Source of the DNA: Bugula neritina
Taxonomy: Eukaryota > Animalia > Bryozoa
Reading direction: 5' to 3'
Length of the DNA: 64,000 nucleotides
Assembly (NCBI GenBank): GCA_964035545.1
Contig: OZ037773.1
Span: 835,751 to 899,750, forward strand
Each line of letters starts with the position of its first letter. Positions within the stretch are counted from its first letter, which is position 1. The notes under the pieces were generated by a model, which was not told where the DNA came from, did no database searches, and saw only the letters and a list, made by a program, of their open reading frames with translations. The position numbers and the translations under genes were made by a program. Below are positions 1 through 12,346 of the stretch, one piece after another.

Positions 1-881
1 AGTTTCATTGTCAAGCTCATGAAAGTGTTGTTGGTTAGCTGAGAAAGTTACCCAGCTTTTTTGTACCAAATTCGGAAGGTATGTGATAGTGTCCTTTTTG
101 TGGAATACTAAAAGTTAATAACTGTTTGTTGATTTACAGGTCAATGAAGGAATAAAAAAATGAAACAAACCGGTGTTTCATATTAGAAATGTAGACAACT
201 CTTGTACAAGATTTCAAAAATATATTACATACTTTTATATGCTCTTAAATATGCTGTGTAAATAAACGTTTCTTAATGTTGAAAAGTTGAGAATTAGAAC
301 AGTTAGTAGTGCATTATTTATAACAGTTTTCGATTGAGGGCTAAAATGCTGTACTAATTAGGGCTGTGTTACATAGAGAGAATTGTCTATGCAACTTTTG
401 CCCCAACCAGGATTTGAACCCGAGACCTCTGGCGTGCAAGCTGACATGCCAACTAATACACAACAAAGATTATTATTCAGTTACAAAACTAAATCCACCT
501 AGCTTTTTGTTGCTTTTGAATTTTCTGTCTTTACATTAATCTCTAGAGTTGTTTCTGAAGCAATAAACATATTTAGAAATTTTTAAGCTATATGATAATA
601 TTAATTAGTTTTGTTGAGTTTAAATTCATTCTTGTTTCAGTTGAAAATCGTTTTTTTGTTCTATTAAAGGAAGCACAACTGCAAACAAACATTGATGTTA
701 TTTATAATCAATATGCAATCATTTAAAGTGTTTATAGTGTTTTTTCGAAAGGTGTATTCTCTGCATGTACAAACAAGTCAACCTAACTTCCCTTGTTATT
801 AACTAAGATGCAATTCCTATGCTTTCTTTTGTTTTCACTTATTGCTTTTGTATAATTAAAATAAAATGCTTTTGTACCAAG

Positions 882-1289
882 TGTGATGGATTTTAGTGGT
901 GCAATCATTATTGTATTAATCGAAAAGGTTCACTCTATATTGTTTATTATATTGTGAGTTCGACCATGTCGGCATGTAGCTATGGACAGCAGTGGCACCA
1001 CTAGTAACCACCAATCAGGACAGGACACTAATTGATAGCAGGTGGAGCTAGCTACTCGTAGTTGCAGTGCGCTGAGTAGCTAGCCGGCAGAGCAGCTTGG
1101 GACTTCATTTAGAGTAGTTGTGTATTAAAGCTCACTAATTATGTAATCGTTTCCTATTCATGTTAGCAGTAAATAACCTTCTTGTATTCGTGTAAATAAT
1201 AAAGTTATCTTAGCGTAAACAACCTGGTGCAGTGGCTTTGTTTAAGTTGACCCACACATAATAATAGTGAACTGGCAAAATTCACTACA
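882..1289 (+). mobile_element. Solo LTR (Gypsy-type)
   Basis: TGT...ACA ends with imperfect terminal inverted repeat (TGTGATGGATTTT / AAAATTCACTACA); 4-bp target duplication CAAG at 878-881 and 1290-1293; AATAAA near 1198. Confidence 0.75.
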
Positions 1290-1706
1290 CAAGTCCTGAG
1301 AGTAATTACTAACTTTAGTCACTTCACAGAATAAATTAAAACTATAACTTCATGTAGATGTCAACAATAATTTAATAAATATGAGAAAGTTTCAATTTCA
1401 CTGACTCCCAACGCAGCTTGTAGTTATAACAGTAATTGTACTTTTAGCTAAAAGTATTGTAAGCTTTATATTATTACACAAACACTTTGTCTTGTAGTTC
1501 TAATATTTTATAATTTTAACTGTAACACATCTAATAATATCATAGCTTATATCCAGGAGAGCACTGCTTGTATTAAACATTGGTATAAAATTTATATGTA
1601 TGTTGATAAATGATGCAACTACTATAAATATGCATAAGCATAATGATTGATTCACGAGCATAAAGTTGTAATCAATGTTGATCCAAGAGCTGACATTACA
1701 TGAGTA

Positions 1707-3049
1707 AGAGTAACAGGGGGGGGGGAGGGGGGGGGCACAACGGGCCGAATTTTGCATTTGTTGCTCTCATTCATCTGTTTTTCAAGTTACTAGTTCAATA
1801 ATCTCTAGTCTGAATGCTGCATCTGTTGTCTATTACAGGTATCAGTTTCTTGTTTTTATCTCTCTCACAGCTTTCAGAATAATGAAATTTCCCTGACGAA
1901 AAAATTTGGCCCATTGTGCCCCTGTACCGGGGTACAATGGGCCATTGGGTGGGACACAACAAATATATTGAAATTTTGCGTATTTTGCTACACCTGATCT
2001 TTATTTATTTAATATTACAAATAAATAAAAATACTTTTCCAGATCTACAGCAAAATTCATGTTTTAGTTGTTCAGTTTGTGCCACTACGGATAGCAGAAG
2101 AAAGGCAAAATCAAATGCACGTCACTCGATTTTGCAGTGCCATTATCATTACTGTTTAGAACTAAAAATGCTCTGTTATTTTCACTTCAGAGCAACATTT
2201 AATAAGAAAAAATTTTCTTAACATGTACAACAAAATTCCGAGTGGACTTTTCTCTATAAACTGTAGCTAAGGTGCATGCATGGCTGAGGTTTGTGACTGA
2301 AGTACAGAAGGGAGAGGGGGGAGCAAATGAACAAATCACAATTTATTTTAGTCAAATACTTGTACATTTCCTCAATGGTGTGATATATAATGATTATCAT
2401 GACTATCTACTAGTAGCAACAGCAGAGTATTTTGTATTATGTATAAAATGGCAAAGCTTTAACCTCACCAGATGTATATATTAGGGGAGCTTCACCTTGT
2501 TGTTTTGTAGTCTTACCATGTTGTTTTTGATATTTTACAAAAAGGTCAGAAATGGCTATATCTATAAATTTTAGTAACAGTTCAACCAACTTTTTGGGCA
2601 AACAAACTAATAACAGTGATCTGGGTGCATAAATCGGGTGGCCCATTGTGCCCCGGTCAGCGTGGCCCATTGTACCCCGTGTGGCCCAATTGAAAATAAA
2701 TGTGCCTCAAGGAAAATGTATTTCAGTGTTTGCTGTTATACTAGTTGAGCATTGTAGAGACAAGCAATGGCAACAATATTAGTAAAATCTAGGCTTCTTG
2801 CCTTTGAGTGTAAAAAGTTATAAAGTTTTAACGACATCCTTAAAAGTTTACAAAAAGTAGGTAAAAACAGTTTTTTGCTCATCTTTTCAACACGTATGCT
2901 CCGCAAGTGTTGAAACTACAAAGGCTGAATAATTATGTCAATATCTTTTTATGAAAAAAAAATCACAACTCCAAGTCACTAAGTTTTCTCACAATTTAGC
3001 TGGCTTTTTGTACCCCTATGACCGTTGTGCCCCCCCCCCCCGTTACCCC
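1707..3049. mobile_element. Non-autonomous TIR DNA transposon (TA-flanked, pogo/Tc1-mariner-like)
   Basis: Inverted ends AGAGTAACAG(n)CACAACGG / CCGTTGTGC(n)GTTACCCC flanked by TA on both sides; internal GGCCCATTGT(G/A)CCCC motifs in both orientations at about 1908-1945 and 2640-2690; no transposase ORF. Confidence 0.7.
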
Positions 3050-3155
3050 TAATTATATACATGTTTACATGTTAGCCAACACATGACATATATGAGTAGA
3101 CAATATTGCTGTAGAGAGCTAATTGCAGATTGCAAATAACCTTTCTGCTTTTTGA

Positions 3156-3391
3156 CTGTGCTGTGCTTGCGCGCTGTGCTTGCGCGCTGTGCTTGCGCGC
3201 TGTGCTTGCGCGCTGTGCTTGCGCGCTGTGCTTGCGCGCTGTGCTTGCGCGCTGTGCTTGCGCGCTGTGCTTGCGCGCTGTGCTTGCGCGCTGTGCTTGC
3301 GCGCTGTGCTTGCGCGCTGTGCTTGCGCGCTGTGCTTGCGCGCTGTGCTTGCGCGCTGTGCTTGCGCGCTGTGCTTGCGCGCTGTGCTTGT
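3156..3391. repeat. 13-bp GC-rich tandem repeat (GCTGTGCTTGCGC)n
   Basis: About 17 near-perfect units; explains the periodic ORFs at 3119-3462. Confidence 0.95.
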
Positions 3392-3702
3392 GTGAGTGCG
3401 TTTGTGAGTGCGTGAGTGTGATGACATTATATGTTTTATTGATGAAGGCATTTTCTATCTAATACAGGTAATGTCCACACAACTTAAACTATAGATGAAA
3501 ACTTTATGAGTACATCTAATTTTTCTATAATAGCACTCGTTTTCAGGTTTGCTATTATAGTTGGAGCTTTGACTTAAAAGCAGATGTAAGTTTGGGTAAT
3601 TCCGTCATTCTGATCAGCAGCAGGTGGGTGAACTCAACATTTCAATGATCTCAGGTTTAGCTCTTTCTCTGTAAATAAGCTACAGCTTTTATTAAAAACA
3701 AA

Positions 3703-3975
3703 ATTTGTGTCTCTCACTATGTTGGTGATATAGTTTGTACCTCTTACTATGTTGGTGAAGTAGTTTGTACCTCTCACTATGTTGGTGAAGTAGTTTGTAC
3801 CTCTCACTATGCTGGTGATATAGTTTGTACCTCTCACTATGTTGGTGATATGGTTTGTACCTCTCACTATGCTGGTGATATAGTTTGTGTCTCTCACTAT
3901 GTTGGTGATATAGTTTGTACTTCTCACTATGCTGGTGATATAGTTTGTGTCTCTCACTATGCTGGTGATATAGGT
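3703..3975. repeat. 30-bp minisatellite (CTCTCACTATG(C/T)TGGTGATATAGTTTGTAC)n
   Basis: About 9 contiguous units with no spacers. Confidence 0.95.
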
Positions 3976-4439
3976 TGAGAGCTTCACCGTGACACAGACA
4001 CATTTATATAGCATGATACATTGTTGACATTATCAATGGGAGAACTCAAACTCATGACTTGCAAAATACCAAGGGCCAGCTTTATAACTTGTAGACTAGT
4101 TACTCCTAAACTGGAGAAAGTCTTCACTTATAACAACTTGGAGGTTTTAGGAAAATGGGGCAGGATGATCTTTTTCAACTATTCTCTTGTTTTGCATATA
4201 TGCTGAATTTACGTAGTATTAAAAACAAAGCGATTGCAAAAATTGTTTAGTTTCTATTTTTCTCAATGCAACTTAATGAGTAAACTTATACTGCTAATAT
4301 TTCTCAATTATTAGTATCTGCTATAAGGTCTGTAAAACAAGTTCCTAGAGGTAGACTTTATGTTCACAGATTTGATGTTTCTTCAGCCCTCACTCATACA
4401 ACACCCTCTAATGACCAATATATGTATTTAGACAAATAG

Positions 4440-5420
4440 ATTTACATGGTTGGTGTGTGTACAGATGGAGCTTCGGCTATTTTGAGATTAGGATCAGGTT
4501 CCATACAACTGACAAAAAAAAATTCTAATACAGAAAGTACTCATCACTTTATTCAGCCTGAGGTGCTTGTTTCCAGAATACTACCACATGCATGCAATGT
4601 GATCTAACTTTACAGTAAAAATCAATATTTTGCAACACATCAAAATACCCCACCAAACATTTGACTATATGCAACACTATGTCATAATAGTGATGTTGTA
4701 TTCACTTCATTGCTGCTTTATACTAATATACATGTAAAGTGGTTTTCCAAAAGCCTGACGATTTGAACTACAAGAGGAGATTAAAAAGTTTTTTAAAAAC
4801 ACAAACCAACAAGAACTTTTGACAACCATGCAAGCTAGCTGATCTCTATGAACAATATACTGCATACCCAGTAGACACATTTGCTTCTTCATAAATAAAT
4901 GAGTTTAAAAATCCATGAGTACAGTTGCTAGCTCATTTCTTTTCATAGCAGCATCAATGCCTTTAAAGTGAAACTGAATTTGTGCCAGCCACAGGGCTAT
5001 CTAAAAATATGGCGCCTTTTTACACTAAATAAATAAAAACAACCTGTTACAGATTATTTTTAAAAACACTTGAATTTTATTTTATGTTTCAACATAGTTT
5101 GAAAAGATTTTCAGCATGCAAAGTGACTCATATCAACGCTCTGGTGAAAAGGTTTCAGGTGGGTTGCAGGGGAATTTTATTGAAATGGTTATTTACAGTT
5201 CTTCAATAAAGAATGACTTTAAATCCTTGTCAGCAGATGAATTCTGGACTTTAACAAACAAAACATACCTATGCAAAGCTGACAAAAAACTATAAAATTT
5301 GGTGCCATGCAGCATTAGCTATCTATGTTGAGTAAGATTCCAATCAATGTTAAACAGAAAAACTGATGGGAAACCTGACTTGACCTTTCAAAGTAGTTTG
5401 TCAAAACACAACCAAATCTC
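4440..5420 (+). pseudogene. Decayed hAT (Buster/Charlie-like) transposase remnant
   Basis: Fragments VGVCTDGASAIL (CTDGA motif), THHFIQPEVLVSRIL (decayed C-x2-H-R-E-A-L motif) and VPCSISYLC*VRFQSM (dimerisation domain); many stops and frameshifts; ends not defined. Confidence 0.7.
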
Positions 5421-5812
5421 AGTCTAGTGCCATGGTTGGCTGAGCTGCCTATAACTATTTCAATAGCATAAATTAATTAAAAAAGTGCATGTATACAGGG
5501 CAACACATGGCCATTAAATGCAAAGTTATAATACTTGAATTCAATTCTGTATCTTAAAAGATTTCCGTGAAACATTTATTCAGTTTTGATGTCAGTAGTG
5601 CCTGTGTTATTCAATACATGGTTATTGTGGTAAAATAATTAAATGCATCGAGTCAAAGAATTTTTAACAATAACATAATACTTAAGTTTCAGTGTTGAAA
5701 CTTTCCTTCAGATATAAATGTATTAAAATTTTCTTCATGCTAATAATTATTATGATAATAACATAAGAGTAATTGAGATTCGGTAACTAATCTCATTTCA
5801 GGTGTGAGAAGA

Positions 5813-8800
5813 ATGATATTCCAAAATTCAAAATTTACAACTGCTTATATTGCTGTGCTAATTTTACTTATGAGGTAAGAATACTATCTGTAATCAGATA
5901 ATTTTAATTGTTTATAATTTGTTTACTTTTATTACATCAAGTTGAGCAAATAATAAATCTCTAAATCAAATTAAAGAGTAGAAGCTGAAACTTTGCTCTA
6001 CATTTGATGAGCGACTTTTGCCTACCATATATGTATCCATTTTGAAAGAAGCTTTTATATTAATGTATGTAATGTAAAGTTTGTATGGTTTCGTAATTTA
6101 TCAGAAATGGAAAACTGGGAGCAATCAATGCTGTTACAACTCACTCACACTCTCTCCAGCACCCAGTTTGTAAGGGGGCGATGCAGGTATGGTGTGCATT
6201 TCTACAGTAATTATAAGGACAATACATGCAGTGATATAACCAATATAAAGATAATAATTGGTTATAAAAATTGATACTTTATGGTTAAATTCATTCGATC
6301 TTTTGTCAAGCAGTTTTCAGCTCTTAAGCCGTGACATCTATAATAATGTTGTTAGTATGAGTCTAGTTCAACTCATTTAACATCTAAAATAATTGTCTAT
6401 ATCTTGCTAAGTTAACAGGCCGCAGCAATTACATAGCACATATACAGCTGGATCAATTTCAACCAAAGTATACTACTAAACAGAAACTTTAAAATGTCTT
6501 GAAGTGATTCCTTAAACCTACAAGTATTGAGTAATTGTTCGACTGAATTCAAGTGAAGATATTGTTTGTTAGAAATACTTTTGATTGTTCTTTGGTTTTC
6601 AGGTTGACGCTAACGACCAAGATTTCTTGCTGATAGGTATATGTCAAAGTGCTGGAGAAATAGCAAGAGTGCCAATAGCCAACTTGAGTCTTCCGCCAAC
6701 TGGTAAGAGTTTTGGTACACAGTTTAACTCATAATGTATAAAAGCTTCATCTGAAAAATGAAAGAAAGCAACTTTTGAAACTAAAATTCAAGTTGATTTG
6801 TTGCCTCGAGGTGCTACTCTTTTAGTGATTGCTGGTAACTCTTCGATGTCAAGTCCTACTCCTGGGACAAACTGGAATGGAGTTGGCACTTTAGCTGTTC
6901 TATCAAGTCCTCAACATTTTCATCAAACATCCTCTCAGCTTAGATTCATTGATGGGAATTCATGTGCTCGAATTCTAAATCGTCTTAACAACTCTGTGAT
7001 GACAGTAATAAAACATGGTGAGAGTAGTTATTAGGATGCTTTGCCATGTATTTGTAATAAATATGAAAAAAGAAGCTGTCAAGGCAAAGTAAAATAGTTT
7101 ATTAGTTAGCAGTTTCCATAATTTAGTATACCAGTAATGCTTTGTGTTTATTATTTGGATAGCTTTATTTAAATTGATGTGCATTAGATGTAAATTTTTA
7201 TATGCATATGTGTATATGTGAATGTTTATATGTATTACATAGATATTTAAAATACGGAGATAGTTATATGTAAAAGTGTATTTATAGGTATGTATATAAT
7301 GTAAATGGATGTGTATATATGTATGTGTGTATATATGGATATGTATATGCAGATCTGTGAAGTTGCATATAGATGTATTTGATTAAATTCTGATTAAAAG
7401 ATACGACCGGCTTTCGAACTGCTAGCCTTGCTTTTAACAAACGCCAATGTGCCATGCATCAGTTATTGATTACACAGATAGCTGTGATAAACCCAGACAA
7501 TCCGTATGTAGAAACTGAACTAAATCACTTTTCGAAACATCACACATCACATTTAATAGTGAAATATAATCATGTAGGAACCTGTGGAACTGAATCTCTT
7601 GGCATTCCAGGAACTATACCTGCTGTCACAGGTATGACTTACGACCTGGTGAACAGCACCTGGTACTTTGCAGTAAATATGATAAATGTAAGTTCCTTAC
7701 TTTTAGTTATGCATTTACCTACTCCACAACCCCTCTCTACTTTGTCCTTCTTTTTCACTTTAGCACAAAGAAAGTCTTGTGTGACCTTGACTCTTAAATA
7801 AATGAACACTTCACTGCCTCCTTTCTTATAGAACAAGGGTAGGCAACTTCTTTTGCTAGCAGGCTAAGTTCAGAAGTCAGCCAAAATGAATGGCCACATG
7901 GTTGTACACATATACCAAACCTATACTGTGCTAATCAGAATGAATATAACAGTTTTCATTTGTTTTAAGTATTTAAGGGGTCGCTGAAAAATAGGCAAAG
8001 GGCCACAGGTGGCCCTGGAGCTCCAGTTGCCCACCTCTATTATAGAGCGTTTCATAAGCTTTGGTTCAATAAATAGTAGGCTTTATGTTTAACGACCCAG
8101 TCTACAGTATTTGGGTCTACATTGCTGAGACACAGGAAACCTAGTAACAAAAAGTAATCAACAATTACCAGCTATTTTGGTGTAAACCTAACAACTGTCA
8201 AATATATCCCTAATGAGTTTGATTCCCCACCTCCTCATGCGAATTTTATATACTAACACTACTATATACTAACACTACTATATACTAACACTACTATATA
8301 TTTACAGTACTATATACTAACACTACTATATACTCTACACTACTATATACTAACACTAGTATATACTAACACTACTATATACTAACATTACTATATACTA
8401 ACACTAGTATATACTAACACTACTATATACTAACACTACTATATACTAACACTACTATATACTAACACTACTATATACTAACACTACTATATACTAACAC
8501 TACTATATACTAACACTACTATATACTAACACTACTATATACTAACACTACTATATACTAACTAATCAATGATGCTTCATTTTAGAGAGGATTGTACAAG
8601 TACCAAGATAATGTAGACATTGAACCTGTACTCATACTCTCCCTGAATACTAGTCAAAACATGTTCAGTCTGCTAGTTGACCCTCTCAGTTCAAATCATT
8701 CACTCATGTGGCAAAAGATTTCATATGGTTAGTCAAGTCTCTCAGTATAATCATGTTAATATTAGCTCTTATTAAATACTTGAACTAATATCAATATGCC

Positions 8801-10516
8801 ATGAATAGAGGCTGGTTCATTATATAACTGTTTTGTCACAGGTATTAGGAGATACAATCTTGATAATCTTGCATCGAGAAACCTTACAGCTGATGATTTT
8901 GTGACTTTCCTCAGGTACTGATTCTGATACTTTCTAGTGTGTCCGGTGAGGTGTAAACTTACCATCAGCTAAATACGCACAACATACACAAAACACACAA
9001 CACAAACATTACACGCAATAAACATATCAGCTGGTTTAATTGATTTAATACTTTTGTTGTCATACTCAGTGCACCTGGTACAGTTGGACCTCCTGATCCA
9101 GCAGCCTTGCGAGTAGAGAGCACTTCACTGGCTCTCAGCAATGACTCAGCTGGAATATCGTTGTCTCCGAGTAATTTACATCTTCTCATAGCTGATTACT
9201 CTACTAGTCAGCTGTTTCTCCTGGATGTTCTAACTCACAACCTGACTACTCAAGACATCGGTAAACATGTATTCTAATGTACCTTCCTCTACTGTTGGAG
9301 ATCAGGTATACATACTGTTAGTTGTTTGAGTAAAGAAGACATTTATTTTATTTGCTATCTAATAGTCACAAAGTATAGGCTTACAGATTCAGAGCAACTG
9401 AGTATATACGCTTATATAAACATTCAAATTTTTGACTACACACTTGAAGGCTCTTGGTGTTCATGTATAAACTTGTAGACACAAAGCATTTTGGTTTCGG
9501 CCTATAGACTCACAGCTTTTGAGTTCAGACATATAAACTCAGGGCGTTTGAGTGTAGGCGTTTAATTACTTGGGAACTTGAGTATAGGCTTACATCTAGA
9601 GTATAGGCTTACATCTAGAGTATAGGCTTACATCTAGAGTATAGGCTTACATCTAGAGTATAGGCTTACATCTAGAGTATAGGCTTACATCTAGAGTATA
9701 GGCTTACATCTAGAGTATAGGCTTACATCTAGAGTATAGGCTTACATCTAGAGTATAGGCTTACACCTAGAGTATAGGCTTACATCTTGAGTATAGGCTT
9801 ACATCTAGAGTATAGGCTTACACCTAGAGTATAGGCTTACATCTTGAGTATAGGCTTACATCTAGAGTATAGGCTTACACCTAGAGTATAGGCTTACATC
9901 TAGAGTATAGGCTCACATCTAGAGTTTAGGCTTACATCTAGAGTTTGGGCTTACATCTAGAGTATAGGTTTGACTGCTGATTGCAGACGAGCTGGAAGTG
10001 CTCTGCTCTTCTAGTTCCAGTGTTTGCAACACGTCTACTTTGACTGCTGCCAGTTGGATCAATGAGTCAAGCATTGCTTTTGCAACTCAAAATGAAATAT
10101 CATTAGGTGAGAAATACATTTGCTTTATATTATACTGCATCATACTCATATTATGTTTTATTATATTGCATTATGTACAAATTGTTCTGTAATCATACTA
10201 TATTGCAATATATTGTATTGTTTCTATGTTACATGTTGATATGTTTATTTTGTGTCTTATAATCGGTCATTATATTTAAATTGTCTTTTAGTTATATCAT
10301 ATTGTATTATATTACAATATATTCATATTATGTTTTATTACATTTATGTTACAGCTTATTAAAATATATCTAGATTATAATGCATTGTATTGTATCTAAG
10401 TATTATTGCATTCCGCTTATGCTTTCTTGTATTGTATAATTTAAATACTGCACTACAGTTTTATTTTTTCTGCTATATTGTATTTTATCTAAATTGCATC
10501 ATAAAAACTAACAAAA

Positions 10517-10596
<80 letters not shown>

Positions 10597-12277
10597 AAAT
10601 GAGTGTTTATAAAACGTTACTAGAGTGCTCTATAGAAATAAATCTAGAGCGTAAACATTAGAAGAAATAAAATGAGATTTGATTAATATAATGGCATTTA
10701 TTACTAGTAGTTTTGTACACAAGAACGATGTGCACTCGTCAGATAAATTAGCCACTATGATTGCTTACAACTATAAATGAAATTATACACAGATTAAAGC
10801 TAGAAGATCAAAATATAACAAAGAGGTAGCATTGTAATTAATTGGCTATGTTACAGCATTCTTGAGTAGAAATTTACTACTATGTCTGCATATGGATAAA
10901 AAGTCATAGCGCTTATTGAGGGAAGACAACTGTGGCTTATAAAGAATGAAAAATTTTTCCCATGAGCATAGCTGACAGATTTTAGTGTTGTTGTTGTATG
11001 GTTGAGCTTTTCTGAGAATTTTCCAGGATATGGTAAAATCCAGACCTTTGTCTTTTAAGGTCCAGATGTGTTTGCTCAACTCAGTTTGCATGCGCTTGGT
11101 TGGGTGTCTGAAAGAAGCAAGGTGGTTGTAGTATCTTGCCTTGAATGCAGTGGAGGAAATTCCTATATATGTTTCGGCAGTATCTTTTGATGGGACGGAT
11201 ACTTTGGCCTGGTACACAATGTTTGGGGTGGTGCATTCTCCTGGGAGCGGGCATGTCTTTACATTTCTACAGTTACAGCCTGCCTGTGATATAGGGGTGG
11301 TGTTGCATTTAGTAACACTTTTGTTGTGAGCAGTGATGGTCTGCTCTAAATTTGGGCAGCAACTGTAGCTGAGTTTGAGTGTGTTTTTATTAAATATTTT
11401 GTGCAGTGGGTGTTTGGTGTTGAATATATCTTTTATCAGCTTGAGGTATATGGAGCCGATTTTCGTCTTTACATTGCGGCTATAAGGTGGATTGTACCAG
11501 ATGACTTGTCTTTGTCTGATGGGTTTGATGCTTGTATTGGTGTTGTCAGTATAGTCTTTGTATTTGAGTTGGTAGTCATATCCGCTTTTAGCCAAAGCAT
11601 CTTGATATAGTGGGATGGCATTGTTGAAGATAGTTTCATTGGTAGATATGTCACAAAGTCTGCGGTTTATAGATTCTGGTATGTTATTCAGTATGCTGGG
11701 AGGATGGTTAGAGTCTTTGTGTACATACAGAGGGATGTTGTTGGGCTTGGAGTACGGTGTATGATGTTTCTTGACCAGATCTAGGGTGACGTCTAAATAG
11801 TCAGTTGTCTTGATATTAACATCTATGGTGATCTTTAGACCGTGTGACTGGAATAATATGCAAAGATCTTTTTTCAGTCTTTCAGCTAGTTGTGGTTTAA
11901 GATCTGTTACACCTAGCCCATCGTCTCTATATAGTCCAATGTTAGCTTTGAACTTTTTTGAGATTTTACTTAACAAAAATAATCCTACTAATTCACATGT
12001 TTCAGCACCATCATGTGAGCCCATAGTGACGTCAAACAAATTATCTGATTGTCTTTTACCCCAAAATGAGTTGTCATGCACCAATATGGATTTTTTTGTG
12101 TGCAATATGATATTCCGTTCGTGGTTGCTGACTGTAGTATGCAAGTTGGCAAAGTCGAGAGCATCAGATAGTAGCTTTGGCAATATAGATGGATAAAATT
12201 CCACAATATCGAACACGATAAAAGAGTGCCTGTTTGTGGTGGTCAAATTGTCAAACCAATGTAAAACTGCAGATGTG

Positions 12278-12346
<69 letters not shown>

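Noticed and set aside
400-460. tRNA-like B box here (minus strand) and at about 56800-56865 (plus strand)
   Set aside because: No complete cloverleaf could be built; probably decayed SINE heads rather than tRNA genes.
3703-3975. 30-bp (and 26-bp at 35999) repeats as possible CRISPR arrays
   Set aside because: Units are contiguous with no unique spacers, there are no cas genes, and the context is eukaryotic.
3119-4014. Periodic ORFs (STARKHSAQAQRA, ITSIVRGTNY, LYHQHSERYK)
   Set aside because: They are translations of the 13-bp and 30-bp tandem repeats, open in several frames with no splice context.
7478-7577. Alternative acceptor at 7477 suggested by ORF 7454-7801
   Set aside because: With the phase-1 upstream exon it reaches TGA within 13 codons; the acceptor at 7577 keeps the frame.
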